IMG/VR virus record: IMGVR_UViG_3300023081_000006
Source: an uncultured virus (IMG/VR IMGVR_UViG_3300023081_000006)
Lineage: Duplodnaviria > Heunggongvirae > Uroviricota > Caudoviricetes
Length of the DNA: 60,533 nt
Reading direction: 5' to 3' (one strand)
Below, piece by piece: positions 9,941 through 19,735 of this stretch. The notes beneath the pieces were generated by a model that worked only from the letters and a program-made list of their open reading frames with translations, did not search any database and was not told the origin of the DNA. The translations under genes and the position numbers were made by a program. Position 1 is the first letter of the stretch, and the number at the start of each line of letters is the position of its first letter.

Positions 9941-11536
9941 CTAAAATCTTATCAATGTTTTTATTGTTTCCACCTGATCTGATGATCTATTAATCGGCGG
10001 CCTATTTTCTAAATATATTACTTCACCGGTTTTAACATTAACCTCTGGAGTCGTAAGACTATTTATAACGAGATTTAGATCTCCTGTAGAATTATTCGTT
10101 AATGTTGATGTGTTTAATATAATTGGTACCATGGCTACTAAATACACGTCAAAAGTTCCATCACTTTTTTCTACTATTTGAGAAACTTGGAAAGTCCCGC
10201 CATCGCTGGTTACTATTTCATCATCAATATTATAATACTGATTGTCAGATACATTTACGACAAAACAAGGAGTTCCTGTTAGTTCTGTGAAAAGCGTTGC
10301 GCTGTCGTAACCGTATATATTCTTAATCAGTCCTACTTGTCTAAAGTCATTACCCTTGATTAAATCTGCGTTGGCATTATCAGAAAAAGATAATGTTAAT
10401 CCCAATGTCTTTGCAAAAAGTTCTTTGGGAGCATTTGATCCGTGTCCCCCTTTAGGAGAAATGATAGCATTACAAATAGCCCCTTGTCCTATACCAACGC
10501 TGTTTTGAATTGTAATGTTTGCCCAAGTATATCCGGTACCTGCATTCGTTACAATAACTTCAATTACAGAACCTGTAGCATCTGCAATTCTAACTGAGGC
10601 CTCTGCACCCGACCCATCTCCAGATATAACTACAGTGGCATCTCCTTCAGAATAATCTTGCCCTGTGGATACTATATCTATTCTATCAATTGTACCATCA
10701 ATAGCTGAGCCTTCAACTAAACTCTGTAATGTTGGTAATGGATCATCATCACCTAAACTTACCGTTGCTGTTGCACCATTACCTGAATCTGAATTTAAAG
10801 CAATAAATGCAAACGTATATCCTGTTCCAGGGGTATCAATTGTTATGCTGTCAACTGTATCTCCGGACAAAGTTGCTGTCGCTGTAGCACCTTCGCCGTC
10901 TCCAGATATAACTACAGTAGGAGCAGAAATATAACCACTGCCCCCGCTTGTAACGCTAATTGAATCTAATTCACCATTGACATCGAATGTGGGGTTACCT
11001 GTTAGTTTCCTAACAGGTATGTGCCCAGCATCTAAATATTTGGTTTGATCTGCTGCAGAAACTTGATACATAAATTTCCAAATATATCCATCTGATAACT
11101 GCTCAGGGCTTGTGCCTGTGCCTGTTGGTTTTATTGTGCTATAACTATTTCTATTATTGTCTAAGCACTTATAAACCTTATATTCATCTGTCAGGACATA
11201 AAAGTTTGCAGTAGATAAGGATGTGGCTCCCGAAAAAGCTGGATTGTTCGTATTATAATTATTATTATAGGAATCGTATATTGTTCCGTACGCCCAATCA
11301 ATTCTTCTAACTAAAAGACATGCATCTGCAGAAGTAACTCTTTGTAGAAACATTAAACGTTTTCTAAAGTCGTTAACATAATAATCAGAGTCTATAGGAG
11401 ACTCTGGATTATCTTCATCTTCCCAGCTATTAGTTTTACCAACTCCTACATAAAAGTAATCGTTAGTATTACGGATGTCTCGGTAATAGGATCGAGCTAA
11501 CTCAACCCTACCCATGTCCCTTAGTATTAGAGCCAC
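9941..11536 (-). CDS. gp8: Baseplate wedge subunit gp8
   Basis: RRIDW..G..YD.Y, NFYVLTDEYKVYKCLDN, DGYIWKFMY, GGHGSN, DFRQVGLIKN, GEVIYLENRPPI.R motifs. Confidence 0.9.
   Translation of the reverse strand: MALILRDMGRVELARSYYRDIRNTNDYFYVGVGKTNSWEDEDNPESPIDSDYYVNDFRKRLMFLQRVTSADACLLVRRIDWAYGTIYDSYNNNYNTNNPAFSGATSLSTANFYVLTDEYKVYKCLDNNRNSYSTIKPTGTGTSPEQLSDGYIWKFMYQVSAADQTKYLDAGHIPVRKLTGNPTFDVNGELDSISVTSGGSGYISAPTVVISGDGEGATATATLSGDTVDSITIDTPGTGYTFAFIALNSDSGNGATATVSLGDDDPLPTLQSLVEGSAIDGTIDRIDIVSTGQDYSEGDATVVISGDGSGAEASVRIADATGSVIEVIVTNAGTGYTWANITIQNSVGIGQGAICNAIISPKGGHGSNAPKELFAKTLGLTLSFSDNANADLIKGNDFRQVGLIKNIYGYDSATLFTELTGTPCFVVNVSDNQYYNIDDEIVTSDGGTFQVSQIVEKSDGTFDVYLVAMVPIILNTSTLTNNSTGDLNLVINSLTTPEVNVKTGEVIYLENRPPINRSSDQVETIKTLIRF
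10060..10067 (-). promoter_or_regulatory. T4-type late promoter TATAAATA
   Basis: Exact motif about 130 nt upstream of the large structural gene. Confidence 0.5.
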
Positions 11537-11548
11537 TAAATATTACCT

Positions 11549-12007
11549 TTAGCTAATTGTTACAGTCCAGGTTACAGTCATTGTATCATCTGCACCCTTA
11601 TTAACCACATTAAATGTAGTTCTGCAAAGCATAGTACCGCCTGTGCCTGCATTTAAAACGCCTGCCTCAGTTACAGCACCTGTGCCTGTGCCTGCGCCAA
11701 AAGTAGCAACAAACTCTATAGCATTATCAGTAACAGTATCGCTACTTAATGATACTCTAGCTAATTCACTTTGCAATGTAGAATCGCCATCAGCAGGAGT
11801 AGAAGCACCATTGTTGCCATCACCCTGACCAATAGCCATGTGAGACATTGCTGCATCTGCTGTGCTGTTCATTCTAGCTGTAATAAAATCTAAACCGTCT
11901 CCAACCACTAAGTTATTAACAGTAAAGTCCTCTTTTACAAAACCGTTTTTATCTGTGACTACTACATTTACTTTACCTGTAGCGCCAATCTTATTTTTAT
12001 AAAACAT
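11549..12007 (-). CDS. Putative baseplate/tail structural protein
   Basis: NLVV..G, MAIGQG, VTEAGV, F.VVNK..D.MTVTW motifs of small tail-associated proteins; located between gp7 and gp8. Confidence 0.7.
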   Translation of the reverse strand: MFYKNKIGATGKVNVVVTDKNGFVKEDFTVNNLVVGDGLDFITARMNSTADAAMSHMAIGQGDGNNGASTPADGDSTLQSELARVSLSSDTVTDNAIEFVATFGAGTGTGAVTEAGVLNAGTGGTMLCRTTFNVVNKGADDTMTVTWTVTIS

Positions 12008-12025
12008 TGTTAAATCTCCATATGT

Positions 12026-14611
12026 TTATGTAATTGTAGATGAAGTTCCTACATAATCCTCTTTAAAGAATCCTTGGGAATATGTTTCTAATACATAACT
12101 ACCCGATTCTGCTGTAGTTGCTTCGTCTGTTTTTGTTGTTTGAGTTCCTTTAGAAACTACCTCGGTAGGTTGTAAAGAATCTGCTAATTGCTTATATCTA
12201 TTTATAAAGCTTATTACGGTGCCTACGTAATCTTCTAGGAAATAATCTTCAGAGACATATCCCTGAATGTTAAGTTCGACACCTTCAAAAGTTAATACTT
12301 CTTCATCATAAGGGTTGATATTGTTATGCAACCCTATAGAGTCTAGAACTGTTATACTTTCACTGTGAGCTCCTTGTGTAAAGGAAATGCTAGGAATCTC
12401 AGAAGTAGAAATTAATTCTGACTTATTTAAACTGAGATCAAAGCTACTATCCTCAGACATATTTGCTGAGGTTGTAATAAACTTGCCTACCGATAAACTG
12501 TCTAGGTTTTCTGTAGCAAGATTATTTTCTGTAAAACTTCTAATATAAGTTATTACATCTGAGTAAGAATCTATAGCATTTAAGCTTTCTGATCTTTCTC
12601 TATTATATGTAACCACTAATTCTGTTACATCTGCAATGTTTGTAGAATCAGTTTTTCTCAATATGAGATCAAATATCCTATCATTATCAGTTAAAGTAAC
12701 AGAATCTTCTTTTGCTAATTGAGCATTAAATCTAAAGAATTCGCTAGTATTAACTACGTCTATTGGAATATTCTTAGTAAAGTCTAGTTCCACAAGTGCT
12801 GTTGCTGCATCTATAACATCTACAGTAATATATTTACTTAGGTTATATCCATCTGTAACCACAGAAAGATTTGTAGAAAAATCTATCTCATGCTTTAAAA
12901 GAAGATCTCCGAAAACTTCCATACCCGCTGGGTGTACAAGTTTTCTTATATCATTGTTCCATTTAGATTGAGGAATGCCGGATTTTACAACATAAGAATA
13001 TTTTTGGTATCTATAGTTATCTTGCAACTTGTTAGCATCAGACAGTTTTCCTCTATCGTCTAAATATTTTCCTGGATAAGAAAATAAATGTCCTGTCCTG
13101 ATGGTTACATCAATTTGTTGTCCTGCTTTTGAAATAATAGGTATAATAGTAGACGTTGAGAAGAACCCTCCTCCAGAGTTTACAATAGACCACCTGGTGG
13201 GTACATTGTTACTATCAACTTCTTCTACTTTAATATAACTCTTATTATTACCTCCGATTATTACATAATTATCTTGGAAGTAATCTAAAGCATATCCTCT
13301 TCCATCATCACCCGTTTCGTTAACAACAAAGATATCACCTACACTAAATCCCATATTGGAACTATAAGTTCCCGTTGTTTCAACACTAACGAGTGTTCTA
13401 TCTAGATACCCCTCTACATCTGTATAATGGGCACCTCTTAATAAAATTTGTGTTTCAGTACCTTCTGTAACTATATCTATAAAAGGATTAGTATAATTCT
13501 CTCCACCTTCCAATATAGTAACGCTGGTAATGACACCGTCTGTTACATTTGCTCTTAGTACAGCCCCTTCGCCAACACCCGTGTCAAAAACTCGTAATGT
13601 TGGAGCCTGTATATATTCTTCTCCTCCTCCTAAGACAGTAACGCTATCAATAACGCCGTTGTTCGTTGAAAGTGTAAAACTACCACCACTGCCCGGCCCA
13701 GGAATAGATGTTATTTTAGTGTCAAACTCTACGTTTAACTCATATATTGGAGGAAATGTATATGCTATTTTTGATACATTTTTTACAGTTGCAGGAATTG
13801 TTTCTAAAGTTGTAATACTACCTATGGTTCTACCATAAGTTATGTCTATTAGTTTTCCTTGAACATCTAATAGATCTTTTCCTTCTGCTGCTCTGGCAAC
13901 AACCGCTTGCTCTTCTACCCATCTTCCGTCTGAAGGTACAAGAATGAATTTTTGGGGATAGTATACCTCTACTTCTTCGTTATACAAAAGTCTAAAAAAC
14001 ATTTCTATGGATCTTCTAGATCCTTTTGTTTCATATAAATCTTTTATTCTTTTGTAAATTTTTTTTCTATCTACAGCTAAAGATTCAGGAACATCTATAG
14101 CTAATTGTCTTCCCCAAAGTTTTAGGATTTGATCCTCATGTTCTCCTTCCGGAACATCTGGTGCAGAATCAATATCTAAAAATTTTGGTTGGTATAATGC
14201 AGAATTAGGTTTTAAATTCAACTCCATCCATTCAAAATATTTGTTGATGAATGCTAAAAACTTAGGATAATCTGTTTGAATAAATTCTGGAAGTTGTCTA
14301 GTAACTAATAAAGAAGGTTTTGATTCATACTCTGAACCAGTGCCAGCAGCAAAAGATAATGATGCTGCTAAATCTGCTCCAAAGCCACCCCCGCCCAATA
14401 CAGTTATTGTCGGTGCTGTAAAATAGCCTGTTCCAATATTTGTAATTGTAACAGTTTGTATTGAACCATTATATATGGTACACGTCGCAGTTGCACCAGA
14501 ACCCCCGCCGCCACTAATTGTTAAAGTGGGTATTGAAGTATAGTTGTTTCCGCCATCTAAAATAGTTATCTTAGAAACATACCTATAATAGCTAGGAATA
14601 TAATTCGACAT
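12026..14611 (-). CDS. gp7: Baseplate wedge initiator gp7-like
   Basis: QLPEFIQTDYPKF, LYETKGSRRSIEMFFRLLY, LQDNYRYQKYSYVVKS, LVHPAGM motifs; downstream of gp6. Confidence 0.8.
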   Translation of the reverse strand: MSNYIPSYYRYVSKITILDGGNNYTSIPTLTISGGGGSGATATCTIYNGSIQTVTITNIGTGYFTAPTITVLGGGGFGADLAASLSFAAGTGSEYESKPSLLVTRQLPEFIQTDYPKFLAFINKYFEWMELNLKPNSALYQPKFLDIDSAPDVPEGEHEDQILKLWGRQLAIDVPESLAVDRKKIYKRIKDLYETKGSRRSIEMFFRLLYNEEVEVYYPQKFILVPSDGRWVEEQAVVARAAEGKDLLDVQGKLIDITYGRTIGSITTLETIPATVKNVSKIAYTFPPIYELNVEFDTKITSIPGPGSGGSFTLSTNNGVIDSVTVLGGGEEYIQAPTLRVFDTGVGEGAVLRANVTDGVITSVTILEGGENYTNPFIDIVTEGTETQILLRGAHYTDVEGYLDRTLVSVETTGTYSSNMGFSVGDIFVVNETGDDGRGYALDYFQDNYVIIGGNNKSYIKVEEVDSNNVPTRWSIVNSGGGFFSTSTIIPIISKAGQQIDVTIRTGHLFSYPGKYLDDRGKLSDANKLQDNYRYQKYSYVVKSGIPQSKWNNDIRKLVHPAGMEVFGDLLLKHEIDFSTNLSVVTDGYNLSKYITVDVIDAATALVELDFTKNIPIDVVNTSEFFRFNAQLAKEDSVTLTDNDRIFDLILRKTDSTNIADVTELVVTYNRERSESLNAIDSYSDVITYIRSFTENNLATENLDSLSVGKFITTSANMSEDSSFDLSLNKSELISTSEIPSISFTQGAHSESITVLDSIGLHNNINPYDEEVLTFEGVELNIQGYVSEDYFLEDYVGTVISFINRYKQLADSLQPTEVVSKGTQTTKTDEATTAESGSYVLETYSQGFFKEDYVGTSSTIT

Positions 14612-14614
14612 TTA

Positions 14615-16519
14615 TTACTCGTCTACTCTTGCAATCGTTTCTATTTTTATGCCTTCTCTTAATCCAGAAATTACATTGTATACACTATCATCTTTTGCTA
14701 ATATTGTGTTTTTTGCTGGCAAAGGAACAACCGCAGATTGTGATTCTGGGTTTGTTCTAGTTAAGATATCGGTTGTTATGTCCTTAATAGTATCATGCGG
14801 TTCAACTGTTACATGTAATTTTGTAGCGTTACCATATAGAGATATAACATTAAAGTCTGGTAAAGAAAGTTTTCCTAAATCATAATCAATGGTTCCAACT
14901 TCTGCTATTCGTCTATTATCTTCAGTTACTAAAAATAATCTCCCAGATCCGTTATAATTAGGAGCAACAACATTTCTATTAGGTTCATCTTCCAACCTAA
15001 CTTTATAGATAACATTGCCAACATTCTTATCAAACCAATTAGTTGTAAGAGTTCTGGGGGTCAATTTATTATTGAAACTAATTTTAGTTGTTCCTATAGC
15101 ATTAACTTCTGTTAAACTAAATCTTTTCTGTAAAGTAAAATTGATTGTAACAGACTTCATTGCCTCTGAACTTCCATATACAATTTTGTGTAAATCTGAA
15201 AAATACAAATGTCTATTCAAATAATTTAAATTATTTTTAAAGTAGTTATCAATATTTACTTGAGCTCCTTGAATAATCTGTCCAGATGTTAATGTTGTCT
15301 TTTTAACATCGTAAGCTAATTTAGCTTTAACACCAACATATAGATATTCTGGATCAACAAATTCTGGTTGTATAGCAATAGGTGTTCTTGGTTCTATGAT
15401 TTCCGTAACAATTTGATCTTTATCGCCTTGTGTAATAATAGATCCTTGATATGGATTTAAGGAAATAAAAACCTTCCCATATATGGGCGGATCGTTGTCC
15501 TCGCCTCCCCAGACAGAAACAGATTGTATGTTTTGATTTTTTGCTTTAATTAAGGAAACATAATCTTGAGCAGTTACGGCTCTTTCTTTTGTAGAGTTGT
15601 ATCTAGGTGCATTTCTTTTTATACTAGAAACCGTTTCTCTAACTGCACCACCGTAAGATGGAGTTGTTGTTAAAGTAATAAGTCTTTCGTTATTTCCTGT
15701 TATAGTTGTTCTGCAAGTAAACTGCTCTGAATTATTAGCAGGAGCACCATTTGTGTTCAAGTAATCTATTAGAACAATGTTGCCAGGATTTAATTTTTGC
15801 CCAACAACACCGTCTCCGAACAAAATTCTATATAAGCCATCAGAACCTTCTTCTAAGAACCAAGCTCGATCTGTTGCCTTTACATCTGCAAATTTATCCT
15901 TATATTGAAAAGATTTTACAGCAAAATCTGTTCCAGAATTTTGAACCCTAACTCTTAAAGTTGTCGTATCGACACCTTGATTGGGTATAATAAAAGGTCC
16001 AGATACAGTATTGGCATCTACAGAAAAATTGTTATTAACTCTAAAACCCTCTTTTATCTCAATACCTGAGAAATAAAAGGCATCCCCTTGTCCAAAGTTT
16101 TGAAGGATTGTTGTTTTATCAGTCTGCGGGTAAAAGGAATATGTAACTCCATCAATAGTAGATGTGAACTGTGTATTTCTAGTTAAAGTTAGAACTGTGT
16201 TTTCAAAAGTGGGATCAGGAAAAACAATTAACACCACTTCCGCCCTAGAAGCTCTTTTAGATGTTGGTGTGTAGCCAAGAGACTTTGCTATAGAAACTAC
16301 AGAAGATCTCTTAACAGCGCTATCTAAAAAGGATTCGTTTGCCAACATGTGAGCTAAGACAGCGTTGTAATGGGTGTTGTATGCCAAAGTGTCCAGCAAA
16401 ACGCTCATAGCAGAACCTTCAAAATTGTAATCTGAAAATTCCTCTTGAGATTGAAGATACTGTTTGAGATTTTGTTTTATATTATCAAAATCTAATTCTG
16501 TTACCTTTAGCTGAGACAT
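14615..16519 (-). CDS. gp6: Baseplate wedge subunit gp6
   Basis: LDFDNIKQNL, DYNFEGS, LAYNTHYN, ESFLDSA, FGDGVVG, RAVTAQDY, WGGEDN.PP.YGKVFIS. Confidence 0.95.
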   Translation of the reverse strand: MSQLKVTELDFDNIKQNLKQYLQSQEEFSDYNFEGSAMSVLLDTLAYNTHYNAVLAHMLANESFLDSAVKRSSVVSIAKSLGYTPTSKRASRAEVVLIVFPDPTFENTVLTLTRNTQFTSTIDGVTYSFYPQTDKTTILQNFGQGDAFYFSGIEIKEGFRVNNNFSVDANTVSGPFIIPNQGVDTTTLRVRVQNSGTDFAVKSFQYKDKFADVKATDRAWFLEEGSDGLYRILFGDGVVGQKLNPGNIVLIDYLNTNGAPANNSEQFTCRTTITGNNERLITLTTTPSYGGAVRETVSSIKRNAPRYNSTKERAVTAQDYVSLIKAKNQNIQSVSVWGGEDNDPPIYGKVFISLNPYQGSIITQGDKDQIVTEIIEPRTPIAIQPEFVDPEYLYVGVKAKLAYDVKKTTLTSGQIIQGAQVNIDNYFKNNLNYLNRHLYFSDLHKIVYGSSEAMKSVTINFTLQKRFSLTEVNAIGTTKISFNNKLTPRTLTTNWFDKNVGNVIYKVRLEDEPNRNVVAPNYNGSGRLFLVTEDNRRIAEVGTIDYDLGKLSLPDFNVISLYGNATKLHVTVEPHDTIKDITTDILTRTNPESQSAVVPLPAKNTILAKDDSVYNVISGLREGIKIETIARVDE

Positions 16520-16537
16520 TTGTTTTCCTCGATGTTA

Positions 16538-16924
16538 TTATGCTACTGTCCAATCTTCATTGGCATCAACTGTTGAAACAGTAAGTGTAATCCCATGCTC
16601 TGTGTTATGTGCCTTTCTAGCTGTAAACAGCTCATGTTCTGGATCAGAAAAAATTACAGGATCTGCATCAGTGTGTCTTATATGAACTTCTTTTTCTACA
16701 CCCCAATCCTCTGCTGTACTAATTACAAGTTCAGCGCCTAATCCTTCAACCTCTTCTGTAGTAGGCCAAGAAGGATCAATGTTCAATGTATCATTGATAA
16801 CATGAGGATGAAGACCGGTAGTTCTAGGACCTTCAGAGTAATCCTGTTGGGACTCTAGAACATCCTCAAACCACTGAGCTTCTGAAGGCTTTTCTTCTCT
16901 AATTATAGTTAATTTTTTAGCCAT
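16538..16924 (-). CDS. Hypothetical protein
   Basis: 128-aa acidic ORF, TAATG-coupled to gp25. Confidence 0.7.
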   Translation of the reverse strand: MAKKLTIIREEKPSEAQWFEDVLESQQDYSEGPRTTGLHPHVINDTLNIDPSWPTTEEVEGLGAELVISTAEDWGVEKEVHIRHTDADPVIFSDPEHELFTARKAHNTEHGITLTVSTVDANEDWTVA

Positions 16925-17328
16925 TATCGTATTCTCCGTAAAAAAGCTCCTAGTTGCTGTGGCCCTTCGACTCCTACAACATAGAAGTTTATGGTTAGAC
17001 TATAACCATTGTTATCGTAATCAGGGTCAGAAATAACTTTTATTACTTTAACCCTGGGTTCGTAATTTTTCAACAGTTGAGTTACAGACTGCGATATTGC
17101 AGCTGATACTGTTGGGTTTATTGTTTCAAACAAAAGTCCTTGAAGACCTGTTCCCAAATTTGGTTGAAATGGTCTTTCAAAATAGTTTGTTTGCAACAAA
17201 ATTTTTATTGACTGCTTAACAGAATTCACGTCTATCTTTTTTGCAATGTCTCCTGTTGCAGGATTTTTTGCAAAAGATAAATCTAAATCTTTGTAAACTT
17301 TTTCAAGTTTTAAATTCTGGGCTGCCAT
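16924..17328 (-). CDS. gp25: Baseplate wedge subunit gp25
   Basis: YKDLDLSF..NP.TGD, SVKQSI, ERPFQP, YEPRV. Confidence 0.92.
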   Translation of the reverse strand: MAAQNLKLEKVYKDLDLSFAKNPATGDIAKKIDVNSVKQSIKILLQTNYFERPFQPNLGTGLQGLLFETINPTVSAAISQSVTQLLKNYEPRVKVIKVISDPDYDNNGYSLTINFYVVGVEGPQQLGAFLRRIR

Positions 17329-17333
17329 ATTCG

Positions 17334-17341
17334 TATTTATA
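17334..17341 (-). promoter_or_regulatory. T4-type late promoter TATAAATA
   Basis: Exact motif 5 nt upstream of the gp25 ATG. Confidence 0.8.
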
Positions 17342-17346
17342 AAGGT

Positions 17347-19431
17347 TTAACCCTTTGGTCCTCCATAAAGTTTAGGTGCTTGGAAGTTTGTGAAAGAAGC
17401 AACTGTTTCTTTTTTCTTAGCTGAAACATCTATAATAAGTGTTGGTTTTGGCAACTCTGGAAGTTCATATCCTTTAATTAAATCGACGGCATCAAATTCA
17501 GGAATAGTTATTGGAGTAGCCTTAACTGATACAGACCCATCGTAGCTTTCAGAGACATTGGGTAACATTTTACATAAACTATCTAAATCTGTAGCACCTG
17601 TCCTCAATAACGTCTGCATTAATGTTATAACATCATAAAAAGTTTCTATTGGGTTGCCATCATTGTCTATAAGACCCCCCAAACCATCAATAATACCTTC
17701 CCACTTTGTTGCAAGAGTTTTCAGTTTTAAGGCAGCATTTATCGCGGCTTCACCTCCAGCTGCCACAACAGCAGCAAGCTCTAATCCTTCCTTAACTCCG
17801 TCTTCAAATGTTTTAGCTGCTCCTTTAAAGGATTCGGGTATCATACTTTCTAAAGAACCCTTAACTTTATTTACCTCATTAGATACAATACTATTGATGC
17901 TGTCTAAAAGATCACCAATGCCATCAGTTGCTGTTGCTAATAAAGCATCTGTTGATGCTTCAACGGCTGCAAGTTTATCAGCCAAATCTCTTAATCCATC
18001 TCCTGGACCACAATCTGAGGCACCACTTAACGGTTGTATCTGAAACGGGCCGCCTGAAAATGACGGAGCTGGGCCCGGTGGGGGACCCGATGTTGGAGGG
18101 GGACCCGATGTTGGAGGCGGTGCTGATGCTGTTCTTTCTGTTACATTGAAAGTGTCTCTTGCTACTGCTGTTTCAGAAGAATAAGAATCTCCATTATCAT
18201 CTGTATATACAAGATAAAGGGTTATTGTGTTAGTATAAGTTCCTAACCCGAAACCTCCTTGCTCAGCATCAAAGTTTTTAGCATATAATTGATAGTTACC
18301 GCCTACCTTTGCAAAACCACTATTGAGGGTTATAAGTTTAGACTTGCCTCCTTGTTTCTCTAGTCTCCAGATATATTCTAATTTGTAACGATCGTCTGTT
18401 GCAGGATCGTGTCCCAAAAACCCATTGTCTGGTAGATTTAGATTTACTGCAATGCCCATAGTTGAATGGGAATATGTGCCGTCAGGATTAATTACTTTTT
18501 CAGGTTCTCTATAAATATTTGTGGCTAATATCGGAGTTGCAGGTACTTTGCTTTCATTTCCTTGTGGAGGAGTTACATTTTCTCTAACAATTCTAAACCT
18601 AGCACCGTAAGCATTATCCCAACCACCATTAACTCCTAAAGCAGGATCATAATATTCTTCGATTGGAATATCTGTTCCAGTTTCAACAATATAGTAGTTG
18701 AATGCTACCTGTTCTGGAGAAGTAGCCACCACACCGTCTGAATAGACATAAGTTATAAGATCAGAACCCCGAGTAGGAAAATGTAAAGTGTTTATACCCT
18801 CACTAGGTTCATCACTTTGTTTTAGGAAAAACTCTCCTATCTTTTCTATTGTATCGCTGTTAGGATTGTAATCTTTTGTTAGAGGAATTCTAATAACATT
18901 ATTATTAAAATTTCCTCCCTCTTCTTCTGTTGGGTAACCTCTATCACCACGAGCATATGGTGGGTCTCTGTCAATAAAATAATTTTTTCTTAAGGCATTA
19001 CCACCAATTGTATCAAAGTGAGGAAAAGACCAACTACCTGTTTTACCTAGTGATGCCTCGTCAATGTTAAACGTATGTTTCTGTTGAGCTCCTCTTATTG
19101 CAGGGTCTTTATCTGTTAAAGTTATAACTAATTCATAGGTTTTCCCGTTAGCACTACCTGGAGGTAACAACATTGGAACTTTTTCAAAGGTCTCCAATGT
19201 AAATTTATCAACACCGTCTCTACCAGGCGAAATAGCAAGGTAGTCTAAATTATCACTATCAAAATCAATACCTTGATCGCTGTACCCTGCTGCTATATAT
19301 GGCGAGTCGTCAGCAAATGCAATTGAATTGTCTTTATGTGTACTTCTTGTTTTTATTGAAACGGCTTCTGAGGCAGTAAGTCCCACACCCCCGGTGTCTG
19401 TAAAATATCTACCAAATATTTCTAATGCCAT
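17347..19431 (-). CDS. Hypothetical two-domain protein with Pro-rich linker, downstream of PAAR
   Basis: 694 aa; PPPTSG repeat separates a beta-rich N-part from a helical C-part. Confidence 0.7.
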   Translation of the reverse strand: MALEIFGRYFTDTGGVGLTASEAVSIKTRSTHKDNSIAFADDSPYIAAGYSDQGIDFDSDNLDYLAISPGRDGVDKFTLETFEKVPMLLPPGSANGKTYELVITLTDKDPAIRGAQQKHTFNIDEASLGKTGSWSFPHFDTIGGNALRKNYFIDRDPPYARGDRGYPTEEEGGNFNNNVIRIPLTKDYNPNSDTIEKIGEFFLKQSDEPSEGINTLHFPTRGSDLITYVYSDGVVATSPEQVAFNYYIVETGTDIPIEEYYDPALGVNGGWDNAYGARFRIVRENVTPPQGNESKVPATPILATNIYREPEKVINPDGTYSHSTMGIAVNLNLPDNGFLGHDPATDDRYKLEYIWRLEKQGGKSKLITLNSGFAKVGGNYQLYAKNFDAEQGGFGLGTYTNTITLYLVYTDDNGDSYSSETAVARDTFNVTERTASAPPPTSGPPPTSGPPPGPAPSFSGGPFQIQPLSGASDCGPGDGLRDLADKLAAVEASTDALLATATDGIGDLLDSINSIVSNEVNKVKGSLESMIPESFKGAAKTFEDGVKEGLELAAVVAAGGEAAINAALKLKTLATKWEGIIDGLGGLIDNDGNPIETFYDVITLMQTLLRTGATDLDSLCKMLPNVSESYDGSVSVKATPITIPEFDAVDLIKGYELPELPKPTLIIDVSAKKKETVASFTNFQAPKLYGGPKG

Positions 19432-19432
19432 A

Positions 19433-19735
19433 TTAGCCTCCTATATACACCTTACTACAACCAGTATCTACAGTAGCTCCGCAGTCCACACTATCACCTA
19501 TTCTTGCTGCAGCTTTATTCTCAATAAAAACATTTGATGAACCTGAAGATATTTTAGGTGCTCCTGATGTATTATGTGTGGTGCTGCCTTTGCTGTGTGC
19601 CGTTGTTGCGTCACCTACTCTAGCTGCAAGTTTACTCTCTATATAGGTTTTACTTGCGCCTTCTGTGATATCAAATGGTGAGGGTGACCACCCTTCGTGT
19701 ACACATTTATCTTCCTTTCTACTAGCTATAGGCAT
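19433..19735 (-). CDS. gp5.4: PAAR-repeat spike tip protein (gp5.4-like)
   Basis: LAARVGD and AAARIGDSVDCG motifs with His/Cys ligands; follows gp5. Confidence 0.9.
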   Translation of the reverse strand: MPIASRKEDKCVHEGWSPSPFDITEGASKTYIESKLAARVGDATTAHSKGSTTHNTSGAPKISSGSSNVFIENKAAARIGDSVDCGATVDTGCSKVYIGG